From: Botryllus schlosseri
Taxonomy: Eukaryota
Length of the DNA: 64,000 bases
NCBI GenBank assembly: GCA_051294905.1
Contig: CM119372.1
Span: forward strand, 34,226,001-34,290,000
Direction: 5' to 3'
Shown here: positions 48,997 to 61,310 of the stretch, in pieces
Layout: every line of letters starts with the position of its first letter
How positions within the stretch are numbered: the first letter of the stretch is position 1
Made by a program: the position numbers and the translations under genes
The notes under the pieces: generated by a model
The model's database searches: none
What the model was told of the DNA's origin: nothing
Seen by the model: the letters and a program-made list of their open reading frames with translations, nothing else

Positions 48997-50888
48997 CAGT
49001 GGCGGCTCGTCCTATAGGGCAACTGGGGCATTGCCCCACCTAAAATTCTGTTCAATAACAATTCTTTACCATTTATAGACGCACACCTATCTATATAAAC
49101 CGAAATCACAGCGAAAATCGTATACTTCTTGTCCTTTCGCTTGTAAATGCCCATATATAGCGAAGTCTATGCGAAAATCGAATTCTCTTCTGTGTTTTCG
49201 CTTTGCGAATGCCTAGCCGGGGCTTGCCCCGGTAGCGCTCATAACAAGCTTTCACTGTCTATTCTCTCAAAACCGCGCACAATAAAGAAACGGTGATTTA
49301 TACTCTCCTATTCATAAAATTACCGAGCAACCGGGGCACGATAGCTCTGTGCCCTTAAGGTTTGATGTAACAATCGTATCTATAGCTGAACTCTGTTACC
49401 GTCATATGCGTTTAGTCGACCTTTGCTGGTATAGGTCGATTTTAATGGGGTTTCACACCATGAAAACTCTTGAAACTTGTTATGTCATGTCGTGATGGTG
49501 GTATTTAACACTGCCCCAAGTTTCAGGGTTTCTACTTAAAGTTTAGGGTAGTAATTCCGTTTCCGAAGTTGAGTGTGTGCTGATCCGTCATGTATCGCAA
49601 ACAGATTTTACTCAAAAGCCGGTATTGGTATCCATTGGTTTTGACGGTGTTCCATACTGAGATCGGTTATGACATTTGGCACGGTAAGTCTTAATGTTAG
49701 TATCGAACGCTGTACCAAGTTTTAAGTTTGTCACTAAACTGTGTTAGTGGTAATTTCGTTTCCTAATTCGAGTGAGAGCTGACTCGTCATTTATCGCTAA
49801 CAGATTATACGCAAAGCCGGTATTGGTCTCTATTGATTTTAACGATGCTCCTTACCTAGATCCGTCATAAGCTTTTGCACGGTATGTCTTGATTTTAGTA
49901 TCGAACGCTGTGCCAAGTCTCAAGGTTGACACTCAATGATTAGGGCAGTAATTTCGTTATCAAGGTCGAGTATGGTAAAGATGTGCTCCGATCTGACACT
50001 TTAGCCTACAACACATTGCGGATTTCACGCAAAAGCCGGTGTATCTGCGGTAACGTTAAGTGAGATGATGCTATCATTCTCAGTTTGCATTCAAATATTT
50101 ACTTTGATCGTATATTCTCCAATGTCAATTTCACCGTGAAATTGTGGCCTTCAAGCCATTTGCGTACAACCCCCCCGTCACTTGATCAGCCTATTCCTCA
50201 GTAAATTTTACGCAAAATTCGGTGTTGCTCTGTTCGCATTAATTTTGACAGTGTACCATACCGAAAAGGGCCATGAGGCCACTTCTCGATAATGTCATGT
50301 AACAGTGTACCAAGTTTAGGGCTTTCATCCACGTATTTATTCGGTAATATATTTTTCAAAGGCGATTTCGCAGCAGACCTATAAGACAGTAATAAAAACG
50401 TATGTGTCGTGTTACAGTCTCCAGTTTCAAGGCCAAAATCTCTTATGCTGTACCGAGACCAAATTTCCGAGGCTGCTATTCTTAGTCCTTTACAATGATG
50501 TTTTGGATTCAATAGGACAGGCCCAATCTATGAGATAACAATTGCGTATCTGTCCGAATTCGTTGACCTTTCCAATTAGGCTTACGCTATCTCTCGAGTT
50601 ATAGTCATTTCCATTTCTGCAGATAATTAGTCAGGTCTAATGCGAACATGAACCGTGTTGAATCTTTGTTCCGTACGCCGTTTACGCAGTTACCACACTT
50701 CAAGTCACAGCTCACCAGCGGACCTCTCGTGGCACATACGTTAAAATCACTGTTGCCGGGAAATTCATGTTACTGTACCATCATTAAGTTACTTGTTTAC
50801 GTTGGAAAACGCCATTGTGACGTCATCTTGATAAAAAGTCGCTTGCAGCCCTTGCCCCACCACCCGATATTGTCACGAGCCGCCACTG
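48997..50888. mobile_element. 8-bp-TSD DNA element (CAGTGGCGGCTCGT TIR) containing a tandem repeat
   Basis: Perfect 14-bp TIR; perfect TSD AACGGATA. Confidence 0.9.
49500..50040. repeat. Diverged ~198-bp tandem repeat, about 2.5-3 copies
   Basis: gcacggta.gtctt.at.ttagtatcgaacgctgt at ~49679 and ~49877; aaagccggt recurs three times. Confidence 0.8.
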
Positions 50889-51627
50889 AACGGATATATT
50901 CTACCCATGAAGTTTGGAAAATATGCCCGTCAAGTAGAAACGATATTTGCTTCTCGCAACCCTGCCGAAAGCCACGGTGACAGCACTGTGGATAATCCAC
51001 GATCGTATGAAACAGAGATTAGAATCACGCAAGCCAATTTCTCCTACAAAGCTATCACAACTTGCAGTGAGCAACAGCTGCTCAAATACTTTGTAGACCT
51101 CACAGCACACAATGAACAACGATTACTAGGGATTTTGCCGACTGCTAAATTAGCCATTGATGTAGGTGTTTCAGCGCGGCAGTCTGAATCCTGCACTGCC
51201 GATTATAGGCGCATAAGCCTGTCTAATGGGTTATTTACTATGCTACTCGTTGTAATTCATACATGTACTCCATGACTTTAATAACACAATAGCACGCTCA
51301 ATTCGGATTCGAATGAATATATAGCTGAAAAATAGTGTAGCAACAGCAACATACAGCTAGATGAAGATAGCAGGCACGCAGTACAGCAACATCAACATAT
51401 AACAACAACGGAATAAAAGTAAGATTCACGCAGGAAAGTCGTATACGGAACGAACGTGAGTAAGATTTACAATTAAATTTGCGGCAACGTAAATAACCAA
51501 CAATTGGTAGTTCACACACGCTTTATATAGTGGCGAGAACAGCCTATCTGAAAAGGCTTGATCACAAATTATTACTAAAATCAGGATTAACAAATTTATC
51601 CGTAATCGCAGACACTGGGGTTACCAT

Positions 51628-52049
51628 CCGAGATGAGGGGACTTGGAATTTCCATGTCCTAATGCAATCCAAATCCGAATCTTCAAATCCAAATCCTAAT
51701 CCATAACTTTTTCATATTCAAGTCCATGTTCAATCCTAATCCGATTCCAACTGGAAATTCAGAAAAAATGCTAATTTATGCAAGGGAGGGATTGGAAAAT
51801 TTTCTTTCGCAACCAACGGTTGCCTTGGTTCAAGATAACCTAGTAACCATAAGTACATTTATAACTGATCTGTATAAAGTTTGTCGCCATTCGCCACACG
51901 ACATACCAATCTCCCAGAAAATAGGTAAATCCAATCCAAATCCTAATCCGTTCAGAAAAAATCTCTAATCCTAATCCAATCCAAATCCGGCAAAATTTCA
52001 CAAATCCTGTTTTTTTTCAAATCCTAATCCTAATCCATGCTCATCTCTG
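51628..52049. mobile_element. hAT MITE with AATCC(T) subterminal repeats
   Basis: Ends ccgagatgag/ctcatctctg; perfect TSD GTTACCAT. Confidence 0.88.
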
Positions 52050-53009
52050 GTTACCATACGTCATAGTACAGGAGTCATTATCGCCAGATATCGTCCTATG
52101 GCAGAATGCCGAGTATAGCTAAGCCCCGTTTTCCTCTAATATCTACCTACCTACCATACGTTCTCGTTTAGGAGGATTTGTCCTCTTTGTTCACTAAATT
52201 GAAAGTGTCCTCGGAGGACCCCTAAATGTTCTCTTTTTGTGAATTTGTCCTCTTTTTATTAGAAAAAAACATTCTCAAATTATACTATCACCCATTTGAT
52301 GCCCAGCGCTCCTTCGCATTCGCGAGCGCCCACTTTGGGAACCACTGAACTAGATCAATGGTTGGAAACCGCTGGTTCGCGGAAAGCTCATGTATTTTGA
52401 AAGTTAAGTGGCGATGCCGAATTATGGTAGCCAAAGTCGGTGATAAAAATTGAAAAGTAATAGCCTAAGCTAATATCTTTATCCGAGAGACGTATGTTAG
52501 TGGGTTAGGTAAGATCGGATAATCCTATTTCGGAATTCGAATATAGACTAGTTATCAACGTTATCGCTAAATGGTAAATTGATGCACGCTGAGCGTTTCC
52601 AACTGACAATGCGGCGATGTAGCTTCCTCCGTATAGTGAGAAATCGGAGATAATTAGGTTATTGTTCCTCTGAACGTACTGACCCAGTACTAAAAACTAT
52701 CACACACACCGCAGGCGAGAAAAATGAGATCGCGCACTCACATTTTGACTCGTGAAGTCTTACAGCAGGGGTCGGCAACCTTTTGCTAGTCACGGGCCAA
52801 ATTTCGAGTGTACAACTTTTTTGCGGGCCAGAATTTTTCCTAATTCTATATTTTCCGCTCACTTCGGTATATTATCCTACCTTGCTGCAATCTCAATCAT
52901 ACCAATCATAAATCACAAGTATTTACACTTCAACAACGCAGAATAAATATGGCAATTGACGCAGCTTGCTTTGTGAAAGGTTTTCAACTTCTGGTAACAG
53001 TCAGATGAA

Positions 53010-55290
53010 GCAAGAATCAGACCACATTCTAAATGGGCGTCCGAGATACGTGATCTTGGCTTTCTATATTCGTGAATTTCATTGTTCAAAACTATTGCTC
53101 ACATGCGTACGTGCTACCAAAAATCGATGCGATGTCTTTTGCATCGTTTGATAAGCTGGGATAAAGATCAATTTCAAGAACGTACTCTTTGTCAAAGTCA
53201 TGCAGCGATATGCTCTTTGTATGAAATTTGTCATTAAATCCAACTGCATCGCATTTCAAAAAGGCCCATTTGAAATTTTCAGACAATGGTATTGGCGTCC
53301 ACATTAAATGGAGTACTGAATAGTCAGAGTTTATTTTGTATAGAAGGAATGTCGGAAAAGCGGGTGAATATTCAGTAATTAAATTTCGTATCACAGTTAC
53401 AACCAGAGGTGGTCAAAGTAGTCAAGAAAGCTACTCAAGTAGAAGTAGAAGTACTTCTTCCATAAGCAACCTAAAACTACTTCAAGTAGAAATAGAATTG
53501 ACTGACTTTAAATCTACTCAAGTAAGTAAGTAGTTTTGAAAACGATCCTAATTTGTTCACATGGATTGTCAAAAAGGTACAAATTGAGCAATACGAAAGG
53601 TGCCGAGCTTGATTTATATTGATGCATACCAGGAGGTATCCAATTTTCGACAGAATAAGCATTCGTCCGCATCATGGGATGAAAATGATAGTATTGGTTT
53701 GGAAAGGCGATACTAATCCTCTGTTTTCACGAACAGTATGTTTTAGAAAATATCATGGAAAGGCGCCCTCCCCCGTATTATAACGCCCGTAGTTTAGTCG
53801 AAGAGCAATTCGGAGAAGTTGTATAGGATACGGTGTAAACATTTTGCGCGATTAGTAAACGGCAATAAAAGATATGGTGGACCTTAAAAATGCCATATTG
53901 TGTCGTTATTTCCGGAAATTAAAGGCATTACTACACTTGCTTTTATGCTTCAACATGTATGGTATCCAGACAAAAGAACGGATATTAATTAGAACTCAAA
54001 GCATATGATACTGGTAATTGAAAGTGAAATATAAATACTACTTCTAAAAGCGGAACATGTATTTCATGTCTTTAGTCAAGAAAGTTTCAAAGGTGGTATG
54101 CTATAACACTTTTCGAGATTAGGACACGCCACGGACATGCTAGATTATACGATATGATGAGTATAAGTGCTAGATTGCGAAACATCAGTTTCAAACGTTA
54201 TGATGAGCCATATATACTGTGATGAAATATTTGATATAACGAAGGGCGACAATGCGGTGAGAACGGAACCACGCCAACGCTACCTAAATTATATTCACCG
54301 ATTCAATCGTGAAATTCTACTCGTTACTCCGTATCCACTGCGCGCCAAGCGCGACGAAAATTTTGGGCTTTACTCAACTTTTATGAAAATTAAATGTTGA
54401 TACTCCGTGAAAACAGCCCCGAAATTCCTTAGGCTATCTTCCGGATTGGTGGATTTAACTAGTTCTACTTGACAAACTGAAAATAGCGAGAAGTAAGTAA
54501 GTAGATCACAAAATATTACGAAGTAGAATTAGAAGTAGCGAAAATCAGATCTACTTAATTGAGTACCAGAAGTAGAGGAAAACTACTTGAGTACTTCGAA
54601 AAAGTAGAAGTACTTCGTTACTGACCACCTCTGGTTACAACTATAGTGTTGGTATTAGGTTTTCTCTTTTCCAGTATAGGAAAGTGAGCATAATTTACTC
54701 TGTACTGTTGACATTCCCCGAGTGGCAGATTTGTTTCAAATGCGCCTCAACATCTCATGTATTCAGTTGTCCCCCCCCCCCCCCCGAAGTTGCGAATTCA
54801 ATTTGTTCAGATGTGACGTTCAGCCTATCAGGAGAGCAAGATTAGATACCCATTTTCGATTACAAGATTATGAGTCGGCGATATTTGTATTTCATTTCTC
54901 AGTTCATAGACTCGTGCAAGCATAGCTGCTCGACTTAATGCGCGAACATGGCAGATTTACATTACATCGCCATATTGATTCTATGCTTCTAGTTATCTGT
55001 CGTAACAATGTTGGTGATTCAGTTTGTGAGACAAAATGGTATTTACAGTTTTAATCATTGTGGCCAAAACACTTCAGGTTTGTAGTATTGACGCACATTG
55101 CCTTCTGGGGAATTAAACCATGAATAACTAGCTACGGGGGCTAGTTATCTGTAATTAAACAGTTTAAGTTTGAGATTTTGTCATTGCGTCTGAGATGTTC
55201 CAAGCGTTTTTGAAGCAGAGGAAAGACACCTTTATTGTCACACCCCATCGGAAAACCCTTCAAAAAGTATGGTACACCTACGGCTGCGAG
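53010..55290 (-). pseudogene. SPIN/GTF2IRD2-like hAT transposase remnant, split by the insertion at 53404-54633
   Basis: Motifs KTVNTILSHKLNH, QYGDV..CHVRALSRAAMLARVYELRNEI, TSHLNKLNSQLRG and YPSLSNDAKDIASIFGSTYACEQ; multiple stops and frameshifts. Confidence 0.85.
53404..54633. mobile_element. hAT element with AAGTAG/CTACT subterminal repeats
   Basis: Perfect TIR cagaggtggtca/tgaccacctctg; perfect TSD GTTACAAC; partial relative at ~12748-13215. Confidence 0.92.
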
Positions 55291-55560
55291 ATAAACCCGA
55301 TTGGTAAGCACTGATCTAGTCCACTCTAGACAATCTCCATCTCCTACTTCAACCGCCTTCGTTTTGTGGCGTCACAATAGACTAATACGGCTTAGGCAAC
55401 TTATATCGTATCAATGCCGAATTCTTTCCAAGCAGTGCTGCACTGCTGATTGAAACTCATTGTGAAACGGCGGGCCGCATTCTTGTGAAAACTAAATATT
55501 ATGTCGTGGGCCGGACGATTTCGCTTGGCGGGCCGTAGGTTGCCGACCCTTGTCTTACAG

Positions 55561-56527
55561 CAGTGGTTCCCAACCGGGGGGAATTTTGAAATTTTTAGGG
55601 GGGAATCTGGCTTTGGCGTTGTATCGGAAGACACACAGGGTTCACAATGTGTGGCGAGATAGCGCAGTGGTAAACTACACAGCCGCAACACCAACGGGTT
55701 CTGGGTTCGATTCCGACCAAGATCGACTCCAGAATTCCTACCTAAGTGTTGAGGGTTTATCTAGGCTCCTCCTTGCCATCTCATCCGTGTAAGCGGTGTC
55801 TTATAAAAGCCTAGATATGGCCCGTGTTATAAGTCGACCGATACGGAATACAGAAATGGAGGAAATTGGCCTGGTGTAAATGACCATAGTAGTCAACACA
55901 CACCATGAACACCTCGAAACAAACAAGCTGAGTTCACAAGATTTTAAGATTTTTATGGTAGAACTGTTATGAATAGAAACTAATTCTTTACAATTGTATG
56001 TTTCTTAGGCGGATTTCCAGCTGGGTGTATGTTTAAATGCCTTCCGTAGATATATACATCCCCTGATAAAGTGCGAGGCTTGCGAGACGATTTTGTTGGG
56101 CCCGCGACAGTCTCCCGACCAAATTGCTACTAAGCAGGAAGAAGTCAAGCCGAATTCAGCACAAGGACGCTGGTGAAATTGTTAACGTCTTCAAGTCAAC
56201 ATATATGAGCCAATGTGAAAAACGTCAAATTCATCGATTCGACTAGAGGCCATAGCAAGCCGACTTAGTGATTTATGTTTCGTTAGTGGCTACCCGACCG
56301 GTAAAAAAAAAAAAAAATTTAGTTGTACTTTACCACTGTGTATTGCGGTCCGCATTCGACATAGTTCGGACATATCTGAATATGATTGTCCAGTAATTGC
56401 TCAGCGAACAAATGGTTGCGCGTTAAAAAGCACCTTTTTTGTTCACGGGCAATTTTTTCATAGGGGGGAATTTCAGCTCAAATATCGGCCAAGGGGGGCA
56501 CGAGACGAAAAAGGTTGGGAACCACTG
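55561..56527. mobile_element. Buster/Charlie-type hAT element (CAGTGGTTCCCAACC TIR) containing a SINE
   Basis: Perfect 15-bp TIR; perfect TSD TCTTACAG, shared with the neighbouring element. Confidence 0.9.
55652..55920 (+). mobile_element. tRNA-derived SINE (second family)
   Basis: A box TAGCGCAGTGG, B box GGTTCGATTCC; body similar to the inverted fragment at 31090-31230. Confidence 0.65.
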
Positions 56528-56647
56528 TCTTACAGGATGCCGAGGTGGCGTACTTACCGAAACCTGAAATTACTACGAGTGATAACTAGTTCAGACGCCA
56601 AATGCCGCGCTGCGGCTGAGATTACGTGGCGTTTGGTGGGCGAACGG

Positions 56648-57602
56648 TAAGGATGGTGTGAACCTCTGAAAGGTTCAGATTCGCGTGAACGCGATAGTGA
56701 ACCTCATGACGTCATGTGACGTGATATTCCTAATTCCAATTATAGATTTCAGTGAAGTGATAGCCTATATCAATGTACAATTGTACATGATACCTATAGC
56801 GACGACTAGGACCACATCATGTCACAATGCTGATGTCTATATTGACGTTCTGAACGTCGCCAAATGTATCAACTGGGGTAATCTAATGAGAAAATAATCC
56901 CATAAAATCAATATCTTCCGTCGCTTTGCCAACAATTTCGACGAGAACTTGCAAGAGAATATAAGCTTACGCCTTAACGGTCTGGGCCGGACCAGACAAT
57001 GTGTTCAGCGTCTGAGTATTGTAACGTTGATATTGAGCAGAGTGCAAAACGGGGTTCTATACTTGCTACCGATATTACCTCATTAACAAGTTACAGCAGT
57101 AGCCAACACCCAATCGCATGGCTTTGGTTTTTATGATACAATAAACATATGAAATCAAGATTGCTCGTACGCCTGGTAGATATTTTTTACATAAGACAAG
57201 GATATCAATTTCATTGATTGGTTGAATAAGCATCATTCGCTGACTCTGCAGGAAGTGTATTTCGCTATTGATGTTGTGTGATTGCGGGTCAAGTTCACAG
57301 CCGAGATTCACTAAATATTCGAGCAAACTTTTGTAACAATACCAGTAAAATTTTGGAGGTTGTCAAAGTGAATACTAGCTTAGTGTTGATTTTTTGATGC
57401 TGCCAGCGCCATGCATATAGTGGCCTGCAGTTGAAATGCAATAAATTCCAACTAAAGATGTTATAATGAAGTGAAAATTGTGATTTATCAAAATGGCTCA
57501 CGGTGCAGAACCTATCAAGGTTCGTTTGTGAACGTGAACCTCTAAAGTTCTGAGGTTCACACACAGAACGCGAACATGAACCACACGTTTACATCATCCC
57601 TC
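56648..57602. mobile_element. hAT family F (TAGGGATGGTGTGAAC TIR), inverted relative to 59304-60184
   Basis: Degenerate TIRs, GTTCAC/GTGAAC repeats, TSD gcgaacgg/atgaacgg. Confidence 0.8.
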
Positions 57603-58731
57603 ATGAACGGGTTCAAAGCAGCGCGGCGGATGAATAGCTATATGGCGTATGAAAGTATTCAACTAACTCTTGAATGCGAAAAAGAGGACATTTCGGGATT
57701 TTTTAGCGTGATATTAGACGATCATTCACTGCTATGTTGGAGATGGCCTTATTGCACGATTCGCATCAACCTGACATGGAATAACATACTCGTTTGATTA
57801 AGCAGAACTTGACCGTTCTGTTTTCGGTAGCCTTCACAATTATAACGGCCCAGTCTTCAGATTGGTAATGTTTTATTATGGAGCTTCACACGCAAACTTC
57901 AACGTATCGACACCACAACATAAAACGGCCTTAAGCCGGCGGTCACGCGATCGGTCAGCAATACGTCCAGACCTGAAAGAGCGAATCTAATGATTACAGG
58001 AAATCACGTGCACAGTTCATGACCAGTGACCACAGATAGCATAAATAACAAGGTGTACAGCAAAACCAGGTCCGCCACATAATCTCGTACCGAATGATCG
58101 AATTATAGGTCTACTTCCTGGAACTGCAGTAGACAGTAGAATTCCACTGGCTAGTGAGAGAATGGTACATTGTTTTTCAAATTAGACCCTACTACATATG
58201 GACATAAAACCCCTCAAAGCAACTACTCCACAATTAAATCCAGCTATTTGTACACTTGTCCTAGTACATTATAGTCTGGAAAACAGAAACATGCATGAGT
58301 AGGTTCGGACTTGGTTCTACCTATCTTCTCTGGATTCATCATCGACTATCACACTGCAATTGGAATGTCTTGAAAAGCCTGGAAATGATAGTGATCCAAA
58401 AGAGAAGTCGGTCTGATGAATGACGCTGACGCATCATGGGAGCGTGAGAAATGAGACTGTGTCGTGGAAGAGAGATATAGCATGGAAAAGATGTCTGAAA
58501 ATGCATTGGACCGTCAAAATACTTATCAGTATCGTGGTGCACATAGCCTTTACACTAGGGCTAAAAGCGACACTGTACATATAATATTAATAATAAACAC
58601 ATGCTGTAAGAATGATATCAATTATTTTATAGTAAACAGGCTGTATTTACAGTGTTTCGTAATGACGTACACTCATAATGCTGAGATGCGAGTATTCTGT
58701 CACTATTACGCATATTAAAAGCAATTCCAAG

Positions 58732-58960
58732 CTATATGCCGCCATTTATGCCTACTGGTAGTGCGGTGGTTGCATTCAGCGGCTTCGACTTGTTGAGCTG
58801 CGGTGGCAGTGTTGCACCGATCTTCTGTTTCTTGTTGCTAATATATTCATGCTCTACTACTTTTGGAACATCATCTTTTCTTGAGGCGCTATCGCCAGAG
58901 GCACCCGAAACCATGTCTGGCCGTCTATGCAGGTACGCTTTGGTTGCTTCCCACAATTGA
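58732..58960 (-). CDS. Class A GPCR, terminal coding exon (helix 8 + C-tail)
   Basis: Acceptor actatttcag; phase-compatible with exon 60587-60449 (AG|T = Ser); QLWEATKAYLHRRPD..GINGGI*, open to the stop. Confidence 0.7.
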
Positions 58961-59303
58961 CTGAAATAGTTTAATATGTCAGGTAATATTTGCTGGCCCA
59001 AGCATGATTCGTAAGGTGTCGAGTCGGTTAGTGAGGGACGGCATTTTCGAGTACCGTAATTATATGCTGTTTCTCCCTAAACGTTTGCTTTATTCGTGGG
59101 AAAACCCGTTTCTAAACATCCTTTTTTGTTCACTGCCAGCCCTAGAATCACGGTCAATTGTACCCCAGCATCTCGAACATGTACGGAACGGCCTGCTGCA
59201 CGCTTAGGGAACGATTTTTCTGTGAAAACACAATCGGCCGCGAATTACTATTGGTAGGGTCAGAAAGACAAAAACCGGACTAACATTGATGTGATGAAAC
59301 TAT

Positions 59304-60184
59304 TAGGGATGGTGTGAACGTGAGGTTCACGTTCGCGTTCTGTGTGTGAACCCCGGGAATTTAGAGGTTCACGTTCACAAACGAACCTTGGTAGGTTCTG
59401 CACTGTGAACCTCTTTCATATATTACAATTTTCACGTCATTATAACATCTTTGGTTGAAAGTTATTGCATTTGAACTGCGGGCCACTCTGTGCCTGGCGC
59501 TGGCAGCATAAAACATCAATACTAAACGAGCATGCACCTTGACAATCTCAAATATTTTACCTGCTTTGTTACAAAAGTTTGCTCGAAATATCCAGCTTTC
59601 TGTTTGTGAATATTGATATCGTTGTCTGATGTAAAAAATCTAGCAAGCGTACGGGATCCATCTCGATTTAATGTGTTTATTGTATCATAAAAACCAAATG
59701 CGTGCGATTGTGGTGTTGGCTATTGATGTATAACTTGTTAATGGCGTAAAACCCATGGCGCCATAGCATACTCTGCCAATATCAACGTAGCAATACTCGA
59801 CGCCGAATACATTGTCCGGTCTGGCCCAGACCGTTAAGGCGTAAGCTTATATTCCCTTTCAAGTTCTCGTTGAAACTGTTGGCAAAGCGACGGAAGATAT
59901 TTATTTTATGAGATTATAATATCATTTGATTGCTCCAGTTGATACATTTGCGACGTTCAAAAAGTCAGTATGTAGGCCTACTTCAGCATTGTGGCATTAT
60001 GTGACCCGAGTCGTTGCTAGGTATCGTGTACATATTAAATATCATTAGTCTTAAATGTAGGGTTGCAATTAGCAAAATGACGTCACGTGACGTCATGAGG
60101 TTCACGTTCGCGTTCACACAGAACCTTTGAAAAAGGTTCGCGTTCACACGAACCCGAACCTTTCAGAGGTTCACACCATTCCTA
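59304..60184. mobile_element. hAT family F in the last GPCR intron
   Basis: TIR tagggatggtgtgaac/gttcacaccattccta; perfect TSD GAAACTAT; other fragments at ~41022, ~21270 and ~23190-23335. Confidence 0.92.
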
Positions 60185-60448
60185 GAAACTATCATAGCTT
60201 TCCTTATGCTAGAAGAAAAGTATATAATTGAGCATTCCAAGTCGTTGATATTGTTACAACGCCATAATGAGAGATAGGCCTACTCAACGCGACTCGGAGT
60301 GTAAACGGGCTCGGAATCGAATCACTCAGCAACTAGATTTTGCCCAGCCCAGACTTGGTACGATGCCTTCTAGCTGGTATGTATGAAGTTTACCTTTTCA
60401 ATATGTTTATGATATTGAAGCTTTATTCAAATTTGTAAACACACAAAC

Positions 60449-60587
60449 CTGGATCCATAGTTGTAGCAAAGAGGATTGACACATTCCGTCGCTCTCAATA
60501 TGGTGTACGATATGTTCCAGGAGAGCCATTTTGAACGTGACGATAGTACAGTTTGAGAAATGCCAAATGAAGCCAAATACCGATAAA
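60449..60587 (-). CDS. Class A GPCR, TM7 exon (upstream exons not found in the window)
   Basis: ccttgcag|..|gtttgt, 139 bp; YRYLASFGISQTVLSSRSKWLSWNISYTILRATECVNPLCYNYGS contains NPxxY (NPLCY). Confidence 0.75.
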
Positions 60588-60697
60588 CTGCAAGGTAAAA
60601 GTAGCTTTGTTTTATTCGGAACCCGATCTTGGGTATTTGTATTATATTGTATGGACATATATAAATATGTAGTTAGACGAGATACTGTAGTGGTAGA

Positions 60698-61310
60698 GCT
60701 GAGGTGGGCAATTACTTTTTTCCGCGGGCCAAATGAGAAACAGAAAATACGTTTGCGGGCTGAGTCAAAAATTTTAGCTGTTCTCTCAAGTCTAAGAATT
60801 TTATTTGTAAATTGATAGAAGAGATTTACACTGTTAATAAATGCTGCTCAGTGAATGAGAAAGTGACGATTAATTACCAAAAAATAATATTTATTTGCCG
60901 TTAAGCCCGTCATATTTCCAAACAATGTTATCTGATATGATATATTTTGAACTCTCTTTAAATTCCGATTCGCGTTTTTCTATCAGGACTTTAAAATGTG
61001 TCTGGGATACTTTAAAGCTTATTGTCTTGGTCCCTGGACTCTCAGCCATCCGAGCATTGTCCAGCTTGGTGAAATAGCCTGTTTGTTGAGTCAAGCTTGC
61101 GGTTCTTCTGAGATTCGTCCTCCCTTGACCGAGTGAATGTATTCGGGTTTTTGTCACAAGACCGGCTTGAATTAAACTCCTTAAACATGGCAATCTGCTC
61201 GGCACTAACCACTAAAAAGACGGGTCTACCCAATACTTCAGTAAACAAATATTCAGTGCTCTAAACCTTCTATGAATTTCGACTTTCTTTTTTTGACATG
61301 CCCGGTATTC
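60698..61310. mobile_element. Truncated hAT family A copy lacking the internal MITE
   Basis: ggtgggcaatta..ccgcgggccaaatgagaa.. is colinear with 19612-20520 but continuous across the MITE site (~60990). Confidence 0.75.

Larger units (their letters stand above)
52766..55552 (-). mobile_element. Decayed, formerly autonomous SPIN/Buster-type hAT transposon (family G)
   Basis: TIR caggggtcggcaacc/ggttgccgacccttg; perfect TSD TCTTACAG; transposase remnants inside. Confidence 0.9.

Noticed and set aside
51660..52040. AATCCT repeats as interstitial telomere
   Set aside because: Irregular, not TTAGGG, and enclosed by TIRs with TSD GTTACCAT.
58320..58500. Additional minus-strand exon after the GPCR stop
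   Set aside because: Good acceptor, but all three frames stop before the candidate donor and there is no homology support.
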